Assembly (NCBI GenBank): GCA_019634975.1
Contig: JAHCAI010000004.1
Coordinates: 45,979-109,978, forward strand
DNA from: Burkholderiales bacterium
Lineage (GTDB): Bacteria > Pseudomonadota > Gammaproteobacteria > Burkholderiales > SG8-41
Direction: 5' to 3'
DNA: 64,000 bases
Shown: positions 46,269 to 57,449 of the stretch, one piece after another
Layout of the letters: each line of letters starts with the position of its first letter
How positions within the stretch are numbered: the first letter of the stretch is position 1
Notes under the pieces: model-generated
What the model was told of the DNA's origin: nothing
The model's input: only the letters and a program-made list of their open reading frames with translations
Database searches by the model: none
Position numbers and translations under genes: made by a program

Positions 46269-47006
46269 CTAGCGGGTGCTGCGGTCAAGGAACAGCTTCA
46301 CCTGCTGCACGAGCTCCCGTTCCCGGCCGTTGAAGAAGTGATCCGCGCCGGCGACGCTGATCTGGCCCGAGCCGCGGATGTTGCGGATCGCCGCCGCCCG
46401 TTTTGCGGCGTTGTCGAGCACCGCGGGCAGATCCTTGTCGCCCATCAGGTCGAGCACCGGCGCCTTGAAGGTTTCGGGTTTGCTGAACTCGCCCGAGATG
46501 CCGATGGCGACGAAGGCGTCGATCGCCGGCGCGCCGGGCGTGTTGAGGAACACATTGCTCATGCGCGCGCCGAGGCTGTGCGCGACGATGGCCACCTTCT
46601 TGTGGCCCTGCTTGCGCAGGAATTCAACCGCTACCGCGATGCGTTCCGCGGCTTCCGGGAACAGCGGCGGGTACTGGTCTCCGCGCGCCTCGGAGGCGAG
46701 CACCGGCATCTGCACCGACAGCGTCGCGTACCCCTGCTCCGAGAGATTGCTGCGCAGCGGGTTGATCAGGCCCCAGTCCGGGTGCACGCCGAGACCGTGG
46801 ATGACAATGACCCCGGCTTGCGCCTTGGCATTGGGCGCATGGATGGCGAGAAACTTGCGGCCCGAGGGCAGTGCAAGCCGGATCGGGTCGCCGACGAGAA
46901 TGGCGGGCGTGATTTCGTCAGCCCAGCGCTGTTCGCGGGCGTAGTCGGCCGCGGCCCAGGCATTGAGGCTCAGCACCGCGAGAAACAGGATGATCAGTTT
47001 GCGCAT
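46269..47006 (-). CDS. secreted alpha/beta hydrolase
   Basis: Signal peptide MRKLIILFLAVLSLNAWA. Nucleophile elbow AHSLGA. 245 aa. Its start overlaps the upstream stop (TGATG). Confidence 0.65.
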   Translation of the reverse strand: MRKLIILFLAVLSLNAWAAADYAREQRWADEITPAILVGDPIRLALPSGRKFLAIHAPNAKAQAGVIVIHGLGVHPDWGLINPLRSNLSEQGYATLSVQMPVLASEARGDQYPPLFPEAAERIAVAVEFLRKQGHKKVAIVAHSLGARMSNVFLNTPGAPAIDAFVAIGISGEFSKPETFKAPVLDLMGDKDLPAVLDNAAKRAAAIRNIRGSGQISVAGADHFFNGRERELVQQVKLFLDRSTR

Positions 47007-47785
47007 CAGAATCCCTTGAAGTCCGGCTTGGTCTTGGCGAGGAAAGCGCGCACGCCCTCGCGGTAATCTTCAGTGTCGAAGCAGGCAAAACCCTCATCCC
47101 ATTCCGCCGCCAGGATATCGGCTTTCACCGACAGGCGTTCAATGAACTGCTTGTGCCAGCGCGCAACCAGCGGCGCGCCGTCGGCGATGCGCCGCGCCAG
47201 GGCATAGGCTTCCCGCTCCACCTCGCCGTCGGGCACGACGCGGTTGACCAGGCCCTTGCGGTACGCTTCCTCTGCGCTGAATACGCGGCCTTCGAGCAGG
47301 ATTTCCAGCGTCACCGCACGACCGACCAGCGCGAGCAGGCCGGCAAGTTCGCCATAGCCCATGGTCAGGCCGAGCTTGCTGATCGGCACCCCGAAACGGC
47401 TGGAGCTGCCGCAGATCCGCATGTCGCACATCGCCGCGATCTCGAGCCCGCCGCCGACGCAGGCCCCTTCGATCAGCGCGACCGTGGGGTGCCTGCATTG
47501 CGCGACGGCCTGCATCGTCGCATGGATCAACTCGCCATAACCCTTGGCCTGCCGCGCGTCGGCACGTTCGCTGGCGAACTCGGCGATGTCGGCGCCGGCG
47601 GCAAAGGCCTTGCCGCCGGCGCCGCGCAAGACGATGCAGCGCAGGCTGTCATCGGCCGCGAGCCGGCGCATGGTCTTGCCGAGCACCTCCCACATTTCCC
47701 GGTTCAGCGCGTTGAGCCGTTCCGGGCGGTTGAGGGTGATGGTCGCAATGTCGCCGTCACGTGCGGCAAGGATGCTGTCGGTCAT
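47006..47785 (-). CDS. enoyl-CoA hydratase/isomerase family protein
   Basis: ATG 47785 gives MTDSILAARDGDIATITLNRPERLNAL. FAAGADIAEF and GACVGGGLEIAAMCD motifs. Confidence 0.85.
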   Translation of the reverse strand: MTDSILAARDGDIATITLNRPERLNALNREMWEVLGKTMRRLAADDSLRCIVLRGAGGKAFAAGADIAEFASERADARQAKGYGELIHATMQAVAQCRHPTVALIEGACVGGGLEIAAMCDMRICGSSSRFGVPISKLGLTMGYGELAGLLALVGRAVTLEILLEGRVFSAEEAYRKGLVNRVVPDGEVEREAYALARRIADGAPLVARWHKQFIERLSVKADILAAEWDEGFACFDTEDYREGVRAFLAKTKPDFKGF

Positions 47786-47810
47786 GGCGTGACGGCGTCC
47801 ATGGCGTGCC

Positions 47811-48776
47811 TTACTGCTGCGGGATTTTCGCGTCGCGCACGACTTTCGCCCACTTGTCCGTTTCGGCGCGGAGATGCTTGACGAAGTCAGCCGAGGAACT
47901 CGGTGTGGCATCCATGCCCTGGCGCTCGTAGCGCTCCTTCATTTCCGGCGTGCTCATCACGGCGACGATGGTCTTGTTCAGTTTTTCGACGATCGGCTTG
48001 GCCACGGCGGCCTGCGTCAGTATGCCGTACCAGGTGGCGTATTCGAATCCCGGCACACCGGACTCCTGCACCGTGGGCACCTCCGGCAGTGCGTTCGAAC
48101 GGGACCTGGTCGTCACCGCTATGCCGCGCAAGCGCCCGCTTTTGACATGGGGCAGCGCCGAAGCGAAGGTCGACATGAACGCGTTGGTTTCGTTGCCGAG
48201 CAGGGCCGTGACGGCCGGACCGGTGCCTTTGTACGGCACGTGTATCAGCTGGATGTCCTGCGACATCATCAGCATTTCCATCGCCAGGTGGGTGCCCGAG
48301 CCGAGTCCAGCGGAACCGTAGGTCAGCTTGCCGGGCTGTTTCTTCGCCAGCGCAATGAATTCCTGGAAATTCCTGGCCGGCAGCGAAGGATGGGTGACGA
48401 TGATGTTGGGTTGCTCGGTCACCAGCGAAATCGGCGCGAAATCGCGGATCGCGTTGAAAGGCAGTTTCTTGTAGAGCGCGGCGTTGAAGGCGAGGCTGAT
48501 GTTGCCGAGGAACAGCGTATAGCCATCGGGTGAGGCCTTGCTGGCGATATCCGCGCCCAGGGTGCTGCCGGCGCCGGGGCGGTTGTCGACGACGATGGTG
48601 GTGCCCAGCGCGGCGCCGAAGGCATCGGTCATGGTGCGGGCACTGATGTCGCTGCCGCCTCCCGGAGCGAAGGGCACGATCATGCGGATCGGGCGTTCCG
48701 GATAGGACGACTGGGCGTGGGCTGCGGGGGCGGCTGCGAACAGCGCTGCGACGACGATTGCTGAGTGTTTGATCAT
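47811..48776 (-). CDS. Bug family (TctC-like) periplasmic substrate-binding protein
   Basis: Signal peptide. IRMIVPFAPGGGSDISAR and VVDNRPGAGS motifs. 321 aa. Confidence 0.85.
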   Translation of the reverse strand: MIKHSAIVVAALFAAAPAAHAQSSYPERPIRMIVPFAPGGGSDISARTMTDAFGAALGTTIVVDNRPGAGSTLGADIASKASPDGYTLFLGNISLAFNAALYKKLPFNAIRDFAPISLVTEQPNIIVTHPSLPARNFQEFIALAKKQPGKLTYGSAGLGSGTHLAMEMLMMSQDIQLIHVPYKGTGPAVTALLGNETNAFMSTFASALPHVKSGRLRGIAVTTRSRSNALPEVPTVQESGVPGFEYATWYGILTQAAVAKPIVEKLNKTIVAVMSTPEMKERYERQGMDATPSSSADFVKHLRAETDKWAKVVRDAKIPQQ

Positions 48777-48931
48777 GACGCTCCTCCGTTATGGACAAAA
48801 CCCCGGAACTCGTCTGCTGTGTTCAGACAGATCGGTTCCGGTCGGGAGACGAGCATACCACCGCATCGGCACGATGTGGACTTCGATTCGTGGCGGACTT
48901 TGTGCCCGGCTTCCTGTTCTGACTTCGTCAG

Positions 48932-48960
48932 GCATCGCGCCACATGCGGCGGCGCGATGC
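48932..48960 (-). terminator. hairpin downstream of the aminotransferase gene
   Basis: Perfect 10-bp stem GCATCGCGCC / GGCGCGATGC with a 9-nt loop. No clear U-tract. Confidence 0.35.
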
Positions 48961-48968
48961 ACAGCAGC

Positions 48969-50165
48969 TCAGGCAGCCCTGACGGTGCGTGCCGCGGCTT
49001 TTCCGCCGGTCAGGTAGTCCATTGCAGCGGCGACACCGCCCTTCTTGTGCGGCACGCCGGCTAGCTCAAGGCCCATTTCGACGCCGGCAAGCGTGGCCAT
49101 CAGCGTCAGGTCGTTGAAGTCGCCGAGATGGCCGATGCGGAACACCTTGTCGGCGATCTTGCCCAGCCCGCTGCCCAGCGACATGTTGAAGCGCTCGAGC
49201 ACGACCTTGCGGAAGGCCACTTCGCTGTGGCCGGCGGGCATCAGCACCGCGGTCAGCACGGGTGAGTATTCGGCGGGGTTCTGGCAGAGGATCTCCAGAC
49301 CCCAGGCATTCACCGCGCGCCGTGTCGCCTCGGCATGGCGCTGGTGGCGCGCAAACACAGTGTCGAGGCCTTCTTCTTCGAGCATGCGCAGCGCCTCGCG
49401 CAGGCCGTAGAGCAGGTTGGTGGCGGGGGTGTACGGGAAAAAGCCGTTCTTGTTGGGCGCGAGCATCTCGTCCCAGGACCAGTAGGAACGCGGCAGCTTC
49501 GCATCCTTGCTGGCGGCGAGCGCCTTCGCCGAAATCGCGTTGAAGGACAGGCCCGGCGGCAGCATCAGGCCCTTCTGCGAGCCGGCGACGGTGACGTCGA
49601 CCCCCCACTCATCGTGGCGGTAATCGATCGAGCCCAGTCCGGAAATGGTGTCGACCAGGAACAGCGCGGGATGCTTGGCGCGGTCGATGGCCTTGCGCAC
49701 TTCGGCGATGCGCGAAGTGGTGCCGGTGGAGGTTTCGTTGTGGACCACGCACACCGCCTTGATCGCATGCGCCTTGTCTTCAAGCAGGCGCGCCTCGATC
49801 GCGGCGGGATCGGCACCGTGGCGCCAGTCGCCGCTGATGAACTCCGGCTTGAGGTCGAGGCGCAGCGCGAGGTTCTTCCACAGCGTCGCGAACTGGCCGG
49901 TTTCGACCATCAGCACGGTGTCGCCGGGCGACAGCGTGTTGACCAGCGCGGCCTCCCAGGCGCCGGTGCCTGAGGCCGGGTAGATCACCACGTCGCCGGC
50001 GGTCTTGAACACGCGTTTCATGCCGGCGAGCACGTCCTTGCCGAGCTGCGCGAATTCGGGGCCGCGGTGGTCGATGACCGGCATGTCGATGGCGCGCATC
50101 ACGCGCTCGGGGACGGTGCTCGGTCCGGGGATCTGCAGGAAGTGGCGGCCGGCGGTGTGGCTCAT
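48969..50165 (-). CDS. class V aminotransferase (serine-glyoxylate / serine-pyruvate aminotransferase-like)
   Basis: MSHTAGRHFLQIPGPSTVPERV N-terminus. PLP-lysine context GSQKGLMLPPG. About 398 aa from ATG 50165. Confidence 0.85.
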   Translation of the reverse strand: MSHTAGRHFLQIPGPSTVPERVMRAIDMPVIDHRGPEFAQLGKDVLAGMKRVFKTAGDVVIYPASGTGAWEAALVNTLSPGDTVLMVETGQFATLWKNLALRLDLKPEFISGDWRHGADPAAIEARLLEDKAHAIKAVCVVHNETSTGTTSRIAEVRKAIDRAKHPALFLVDTISGLGSIDYRHDEWGVDVTVAGSQKGLMLPPGLSFNAISAKALAASKDAKLPRSYWSWDEMLAPNKNGFFPYTPATNLLYGLREALRMLEEEGLDTVFARHQRHAEATRRAVNAWGLEILCQNPAEYSPVLTAVLMPAGHSEVAFRKVVLERFNMSLGSGLGKIADKVFRIGHLGDFNDLTLMATLAGVEMGLELAGVPHKKGGVAAAMDYLTGGKAAARTVRAA

Positions 50166-50233
50166 GATCGGGCTCCAGAAAGGGAGTGAGTGAGCGGGCA
50201 TGTTAACCCCCGGCGCTGCCCGGAGCAATCATT

Positions 50234-50350
50234 TTTGTATGCAAAAATGGAATGCGATGGATTGCCAGAGATATATTTATATTAAATACTTGTTTTTATT
50301 GATAATTATAAATTGCCCAGAATCTTAAACAGGCGTATTATGCATACAAA
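50234..50350. promoter_or_regulatory. pair of inverted 10-mers (TTTGTATGCA / TGCATACAAA), candidate GntR operators
   Basis: Perfect reverse complements at 50234-50243 and 50341-50350. The second contains the palindrome TATGCATA and ends 11 nt before the gntR ATG. Confidence 0.35.
50283..50309 (+). repeat. AT-rich intergenic motif, copy E (TAAATACTTGTTTTTATTGATAATTAT)
   Basis: Read directly. Lies at the centre of the aminotransferase/gntR divergent region. Confidence 0.65.
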
Positions 50351-50361
50351 TAGAGATTGTC

Positions 50362-51057
50362 ATGCCCGATACCCCGATACCGCAAGCATCCAATGTGACT
50401 TCCCTGGCCGAGCGCCGGCTGTTGCACGAAACCGTGGTCGACCAGCTGCGCGACCTGATCGTGCAGGGCGAGCTGGCGCCGGAAACCAAGCTCAACGAGC
50501 GCGTGCTGGCCGAGCGGCTGGGCACCTCGCGCACGCCCCTGCGCGAGGCGATCAAGTTCCTCGCCTCCGAAGGCCTGGTCGAGCTGCTGCCCAACCGCGG
50601 CGCGGTGGTGGCGCCGCTGAAGCCGGAAAAGATGCAGGAAGTCTTCGTCGTGCTCGGCGCGCTGGAAGCGCTGGCCGGCGAGCTGGCCTGCCGCAATGCG
50701 TCCGAAGCCGACATCGCCGACATCCGCGCGCTGCACTATCACATGCTGGCCCACCATGCCCGCGGCGAACTGGCGCCGTACTTCCGCTATAACCAGCAGA
50801 TCCACCAGCGCATCATCGACTGCGCCGGCAATGCCACGCTGGCCCAGTCCTGGCGCGCGATGAACGCCCATGTCAAACGCGCGCGCTACCTCGCCAACCT
50901 GTCGGGCGAGCGCTGGGACAAGGCGGTGAAGGAGCATGAAGACATGATCGACGCGCTGACCCGTCGCGACGGCGCGAAGCTGCAGGCGCTGCTGCGCGAC
51001 CACCTGGCCAACAAGCTGGTGATGGTGATGGAGGCCTTGGGCGGCAGGCCGAAGTGA
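50362..51057 (+). CDS. GntR family transcriptional regulator (FCD ligand domain)
   Basis: Winged-helix RVLAERLGTSRTPLREAIKFLASEGLVEL followed by an all-helical FCD-type C-terminal domain. 231 aa. Confidence 0.85.
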   Translation: MPDTPIPQASNVTSLAERRLLHETVVDQLRDLIVQGELAPETKLNERVLAERLGTSRTPLREAIKFLASEGLVELLPNRGAVVAPLKPEKMQEVFVVLGALEALAGELACRNASEADIADIRALHYHMLAHHARGELAPYFRYNQQIHQRIIDCAGNATLAQSWRAMNAHVKRARYLANLSGERWDKAVKEHEDMIDALTRRDGAKLQALLRDHLANKLVMVMEALGGRPK

Positions 51058-51207
51058 CGGGCGGGCGCGTGGTGAGCGAAGCAGGCAGGCGCAGACACCT
51101 TCCGGTCTTCGCCTTTGGGAATTCCGGGAAACCATGAAGATGAAAAATTCACGAACAAGCGGCAAATGCCGGGGATTCACGGGCTCGAAACCCACGGAGG
51201 CCGTGCG

Positions 51208-54108
51208 ATGAACGCCCCGGCACAAACGGCGCATGTCGCCCGGTCGTCGCCGGACCGCAGCACTCTTGCGCGCAGGCTGCGCCGCGAGATCCGCGGCGAG
51301 GTGCTGTTCGATGCCGCTTCCCGCGGCCGTTATTCCACCGATGCCTCGATCTACCAGATCGAACCCGTCGGCGTGGTGGTGCCGCGCGACGACAACGATG
51401 CGCTGGCGGCATTGCAGATCGGCATCGAGGCCGGCGTGCCGGTGCTGCCGCGCGGCGGCGGCACCTCGCAATGCGGCCAGACCGTCGGCGCCGCGCTGGT
51501 GCTCGACGTGTCGAAGCACCTCAATGAAATCACCGCCTTTGACCGCGATGCGCGCACGGTGACCGTGCAGCCCGGCATCGTGCTCGACCACCTCAATGCC
51601 TGGCTGAAGCCGCACGGGCTGTGGTTCCCGGTCGATGTCTCGACCAGCGCGCAGGCGACCATCGGCGGCATGACCGGCAACAATTCCTGCGGTTCGCGCT
51701 CCATCGAATACGGCAACATGGTGCACAACGTGCTGGGCATCGATGCCTGGCTCGCCGACGGCGAGGTCTGCCGCTTCGGCCTGCTGCCGCAGGACCTGTC
51801 GCGGCTCGACGGCAGCGAGCGTTACCGCGAGATCGTCCGCCGCATCGCCGCGATCGCGGCGCGCGAGGCCGAGGAAATCGAGCACCGCTATCCCAAGGTG
51901 CTGCGTCGCGTCGGCGGCTACAACCTCGACATGATGCTGCCGCCGGGCGCGAACATGGCGCACCTTCTGGTCGGTTCCGAGGGCACGCTGGCCTTCTCGC
52001 GGCGCATCGAGCTGAAGCTGTCGCCGCTGCCGAAGCACAAGACGCTGGGCATCTGCCATTTCCCGACTTTCTACCAGTCGATGGAGGCGCCGCAGCACAT
52101 CGTCGGGCTGAAGCCGGCGGCGGTCGAGCTGGTGGACGACACGATGATCGCGCTGGCGCGCAGCAACCCGGCCTTCCTGCCGGTCGTCAACCAGTGCGTG
52201 AAGGGCGAGCCCGCGGCAATCCTGCTGGTGGAATTCGCCGGCGAGGACCGCGAAGAGCAGATCCGCCGGCTGAGGCAGCTCTCCGAACTGATGGCCGACC
52301 GCGGCCTGCCCGGCAGCGTGGTCGAGGTCATCGACCCGGCGCTGCAGCGCGAATTCTGGGAGGTGCGCAAGGCGGGCCTCAACATCATGATGTCGATGAA
52401 GGGCGACGGCAAGCCGGTGTCCTTCATCGAGGACTGCGCGGTGCCGCTGGAGCACCTCGCCGAATACACCGACAAACTCACGCAGGTCTTCCACAAGCAC
52501 GGCACCAAGGGCACCTGGTACGCGCATGCCTCGGTCGGCTGCCTGCACGTGCGGCCGATCCTCGACATGCGCCGCGACGGCGCGCAGAAAATGCGCGCGA
52601 TCGCTGAGGAGGCCGCGGCGCTGGTGAAACAGTACAAGGGTTCATATTCCGGCGAGCACGGCGACGGCCTGGTGCGCTCGGAATGGATCGCGCCCTTCTT
52701 CGGGCCCAAGCTGACCGCTGCCTTCGGGGAAATCAAGGACCTGTTCGATCCGAAGGGCCTGATGAATCCGGGCAAGATCGTGCGCCCGTCGAAACAGGAT
52801 GACCGCAGCCTGTTCCGCTTCAAGCCGGGCTACGAGGCGAAACCCCCGGCGACGGCGCTCGACTGGAGCGAGTGGGGCGGTTTCGACAAGGCCGTCGAGA
52901 TGTGCAACAACAACGGCCATTGCCGCAAGTTCGACGCCGGCACGATGTGCCCCTCGTACCGGGTGACCCGCGAGGAACAGCACCTGACCCGCGGCCGGGC
53001 CAACACGCTGCGGCTGGCGCTGTCCGGGCAGCTGGGCCCGAACGCGCTGACCTCGACCGCGGTGCGCGACGCGATGGATCTTTGCGTGTCCTGCAAGGGC
53101 TGCAAGCGCGAATGCCCGACCGGCGTCGACATGGCGAAAATGAAAATCGAGTGGCTGCACCACTGGCGCCGCCATCACGGGCTGCCGCTTAAAGAGCGCC
53201 TGATTGCCTTCCTGCCGCGTTATGCGCCTTGGGCAAAGCGGGCAGCGCCGCTGCTCAATCTGCTGCAGCCGCTGGCAAAGCCCTTCCTCGGTTTTGCCTC
53301 GAAGCGCTCGCTGCCGGCCTGGCGCAGCGATGCCTTCGCCGCGTCCGCAAGCACGGATACGGCTGGCGGTCGTGAAGTCGTGCTGTTCGTCGACACTTTC
53401 AATACGTACTTCGAGCCGGAGAACGCGCGCGCCGCGCTGCAGGTGCTGCAGGCCGCCGGCTACACGGTGCATCTGCCGCAGCCGGAGGGCGACAAACGGC
53501 CGCTGTGCTGCGGCCGTACTTTCCTTGCCGGCGGGCTGGTCGAGGAGGCTCGCGCCGAGGCGCAGCGCATGCTTGCCGTGCTGAAACCGTACATCGAACG
53601 CGGCCTGCCGGTGGTCGGACTCGAACCGTCCTGCCTGTTCTCGCTGCGCGACGAATTCCTGTCGCTGCTGCCGGGCGCCGACGCCCCGGCGCTGGCGCGG
53701 CAGGCGCTGCTGTTCGAGGAATTCCTCGCCCGCGAGCACGACGCCGGGCGGCTGCAGCTGAAGCTGAAGGCGCTGCACCAGGGCAAGGCCCTGCTGCACG
53801 GCCATTGCCACCAGAAGGCTTTCGCCGCGATGCCGGCAGTGCAGAAAGTGCTGAGCCTGGTGCCGGGCCTGAAGGTGGAGACCATCGAATCGAGCTGCTG
53901 CGGCATGGCCGGCAGCTTCGGTTACGAAGCGCGCCATTACGAGACCTCGATGCGCATGGCGGAGCTGTCGCTGCTGCCGAAAGTGCGCGAAGCCGGCGAA
54001 CAGACACTGATCGTCGCCGACGGCACCAGTTGCCGCCACCAGATCCACGACGGCGCCCGGCGCGAGGCGCTGCACGTCGCGCGCGTGCTGGCGGCGGCGC
54101 TCGCCTGA
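51208..54108 (+). CDS. FAD-binding and (Fe-S)-binding domain-containing oxidoreductase (YdiJ/GlcD-GlcF fusion type)
   Basis: FAD/PCMH domain (VVPRDDNDALAALQIGIEAGVPVLPRGGGTS), ferredoxin-type cluster motif CVSCKGCKRECPTG, and C-terminal CCG repeats (PLCCGRT, SSCCGMAGSFG). ATG 51208 lies after GGAGG. Confidence 0.85.
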   Translation: MNAPAQTAHVARSSPDRSTLARRLRREIRGEVLFDAASRGRYSTDASIYQIEPVGVVVPRDDNDALAALQIGIEAGVPVLPRGGGTSQCGQTVGAALVLDVSKHLNEITAFDRDARTVTVQPGIVLDHLNAWLKPHGLWFPVDVSTSAQATIGGMTGNNSCGSRSIEYGNMVHNVLGIDAWLADGEVCRFGLLPQDLSRLDGSERYREIVRRIAAIAAREAEEIEHRYPKVLRRVGGYNLDMMLPPGANMAHLLVGSEGTLAFSRRIELKLSPLPKHKTLGICHFPTFYQSMEAPQHIVGLKPAAVELVDDTMIALARSNPAFLPVVNQCVKGEPAAILLVEFAGEDREEQIRRLRQLSELMADRGLPGSVVEVIDPALQREFWEVRKAGLNIMMSMKGDGKPVSFIEDCAVPLEHLAEYTDKLTQVFHKHGTKGTWYAHASVGCLHVRPILDMRRDGAQKMRAIAEEAAALVKQYKGSYSGEHGDGLVRSEWIAPFFGPKLTAAFGEIKDLFDPKGLMNPGKIVRPSKQDDRSLFRFKPGYEAKPPATALDWSEWGGFDKAVEMCNNNGHCRKFDAGTMCPSYRVTREEQHLTRGRANTLRLALSGQLGPNALTSTAVRDAMDLCVSCKGCKRECPTGVDMAKMKIEWLHHWRRHHGLPLKERLIAFLPRYAPWAKRAAPLLNLLQPLAKPFLGFASKRSLPAWRSDAFAASASTDTAGGREVVLFVDTFNTYFEPENARAALQVLQAAGYTVHLPQPEGDKRPLCCGRTFLAGGLVEEARAEAQRMLAVLKPYIERGLPVVGLEPSCLFSLRDEFLSLLPGADAPALARQALLFEEFLAREHDAGRLQLKLKALHQGKALLHGHCHQKAFAAMPAVQKVLSLVPGLKVETIESSCCGMAGSFGYEARHYETSMRMAELSLLPKVREAGEQTLIVADGTSCRHQIHDGARREALHVARVLAAALA

Positions 54109-54112
54109 GCGG

Positions 54113-56137
<2,025 letters not shown>

Positions 56138-56164
56138 GTTTCCAGGGATGCGCCATTAAAGGGC

Positions 56165-56226
56165 CGTCATTCCGGCGCGATCCGGAATCCAGGACATCCT
56201 GGGTCCCGGCTTGCGCCGGGACGACG
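56165..56226. repeat. REP-like nested palindrome
   Basis: Two about 30-nt arms match at 24/30 positions in inverted orientation around CCAGGA-CA-TCCTGG. Each arm holds its own hairpin (TTCCGG-cgcga-CCGGAA; GTCCCGGC-ttgc-GCCGGGAC). Lies between convergent genes. Confidence 0.7.
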
Positions 56227-56269
56227 ATACTGTTCAGGTCGGGTGTTACAGAATTCAGAGCCCGATGGC

Positions 56270-57376
56270 TTAGAACTCGCGCGTGTATTGCCGGACCTTC
56301 GTTTCGTCGACGCGGATGCCCAGGCCCGGACCGGTCGGCACATCCAGATAGCCGCCGGAGAGCCGGATCGGATCGGTGACGATGTCGTCGGCGAGATAAG
56401 GGCTCGACAGGCTGACGCCCCAGTCCACCGCGGGAATGGCCGCGGCGAGATGCATCAGTCCGGCGCTGGCGATGCCGGCCTCGGCGATCTTGCAGGCGAG
56501 GTTGACCTTCATGTCCAGCGCTTCACACAGCAGCGCGGCATCCTGCACAGCCTGCAGTCCGCCCAGCTTGATGGTTTTTAGGCTGCAGCCCTGCGCGGCC
56601 TTCAGTTCGTGGTGGCGGCGCAGGTCGTCGAGGCTGTGCAGGCCTTCATCGACGCCGATTTTCACGCGGCTGGCTGCGGCGACGCGGGCCATGCCGGCGA
56701 CGTCATGCGCGGCGACCGGCTGTTCGAAGAATTCGATGCGGGTGTCGGCGATGCCGCGCACGAAGCGGATGGCTTCGTCCGGTGTCCAGGCCTGGTTGGC
56801 GTCGGCGCAGATCAGCACCTTGTCATCCTTGACCGAGCCAGCCACCGCGCGCGCCCGTTCGGCATCGGCTTCCGGGGTGTCGACGCCGACCTTGATCTTG
56901 ATCGCGACATAGCCCTCGGCCAGCCGCTTCCGCGTTTCGGCGATATCGCTTTCGGTGCTGCCGGTGCCGATCAGGCGCAGCGCCGGCACGCGCATGCGCT
57001 TCGCGCCGCCGAGCAGTTCATGCACCGGCTTGCCGCGTGCCTGGCCCAGCGCATCGAACAGCGCCATCTCGATCGCCGCCTTGGCGCTGTTGTTGCCGTA
57101 AAGGTACTGGCCGGCGCGGTGCATCACCCCCGGGATGTCATCCGCGGGCAGTCCTTCGAGCTTGTCGGCAAGGTGGCGGATCGCCGCAACCATGCTGCCC
57201 TGGGTTTCGCCGGTCATCGTCGGCGCCGATGCGGCCTCGCCCCAGCCGACGATGCCGTCGCTGGTTTCGATGCGCGCGAGCACGTTCTCCGCGTTGCGCA
57301 CTTCCTCGAAGGACATTTTCACCGGCTTGATCATCGGCAGGCTGATGGCGATGGCCTGTATTTGCTGGATGCGCAT
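56270..57376 (-). CDS. mandelate racemase / muconate lactonizing enzyme family protein (enolase superfamily)
   Basis: 368 aa. KIKVG, metal-ligand contexts CADANQAW, FFEQPV and GVDEGL. Confidence 0.8.
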   Translation of the reverse strand: MRIQQIQAIAISLPMIKPVKMSFEEVRNAENVLARIETSDGIVGWGEAASAPTMTGETQGSMVAAIRHLADKLEGLPADDIPGVMHRAGQYLYGNNSAKAAIEMALFDALGQARGKPVHELLGGAKRMRVPALRLIGTGSTESDIAETRKRLAEGYVAIKIKVGVDTPEADAERARAVAGSVKDDKVLICADANQAWTPDEAIRFVRGIADTRIEFFEQPVAAHDVAGMARVAAASRVKIGVDEGLHSLDDLRRHHELKAAQGCSLKTIKLGGLQAVQDAALLCEALDMKVNLACKIAEAGIASAGLMHLAAAIPAVDWGVSLSSPYLADDIVTDPIRLSGGYLDVPTGPGLGIRVDETKVRQYTREF

Positions 57377-57390
57377 GGTCGGATTCCGAG

Positions 57391-57415
57391 TAAAAAGCGG
57401 CGCCGCAGCGCCGCT
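57391..57415 (-). terminator. rho-independent terminator-like hairpin 15 nt upstream of the enolase-family start codon
   Basis: The minus strand reads AGCGGCGC-tgcg-GCGCCGCT then TTTTA: an 8-bp GC stem, a 4-nt loop and a T-run. Confidence 0.7.
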
Positions 57416-57417
57416 AT

Positions 57418-57444
57418 AAAAACATCAATAAAATCAAATACTTA
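57418..57444 (-). repeat. AT-rich intergenic motif, copy F (TAAGTATTTGATTTTATTGATGTTTTT)
   Basis: Read directly. Closest to the consensus. Lies between the Bug gene stop and a GC hairpin terminator. Confidence 0.75.
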
Positions 57445-57449
57445 TAATA

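Noticed and set aside
50338-52548. 736-aa ORF on the minus strand
   Set aside because: It lies antisense to the GntR and FAD/Fe-S oxidase genes, both of which have clear domain motifs. Its translation is Arg/Ala/Gly/His-rich low-complexity sequence with no motif. This is a typical shadow ORF of high-GC DNA.
57418-57444. AT-rich motif as a sigma-70 promoter (TTGATT as -35, TATAAT-like strings)
   Set aside because: I tried both orientations in several copies. No hexamer pair with 16-18 nt spacing is conserved across copies. Two copies face away from any gene start.
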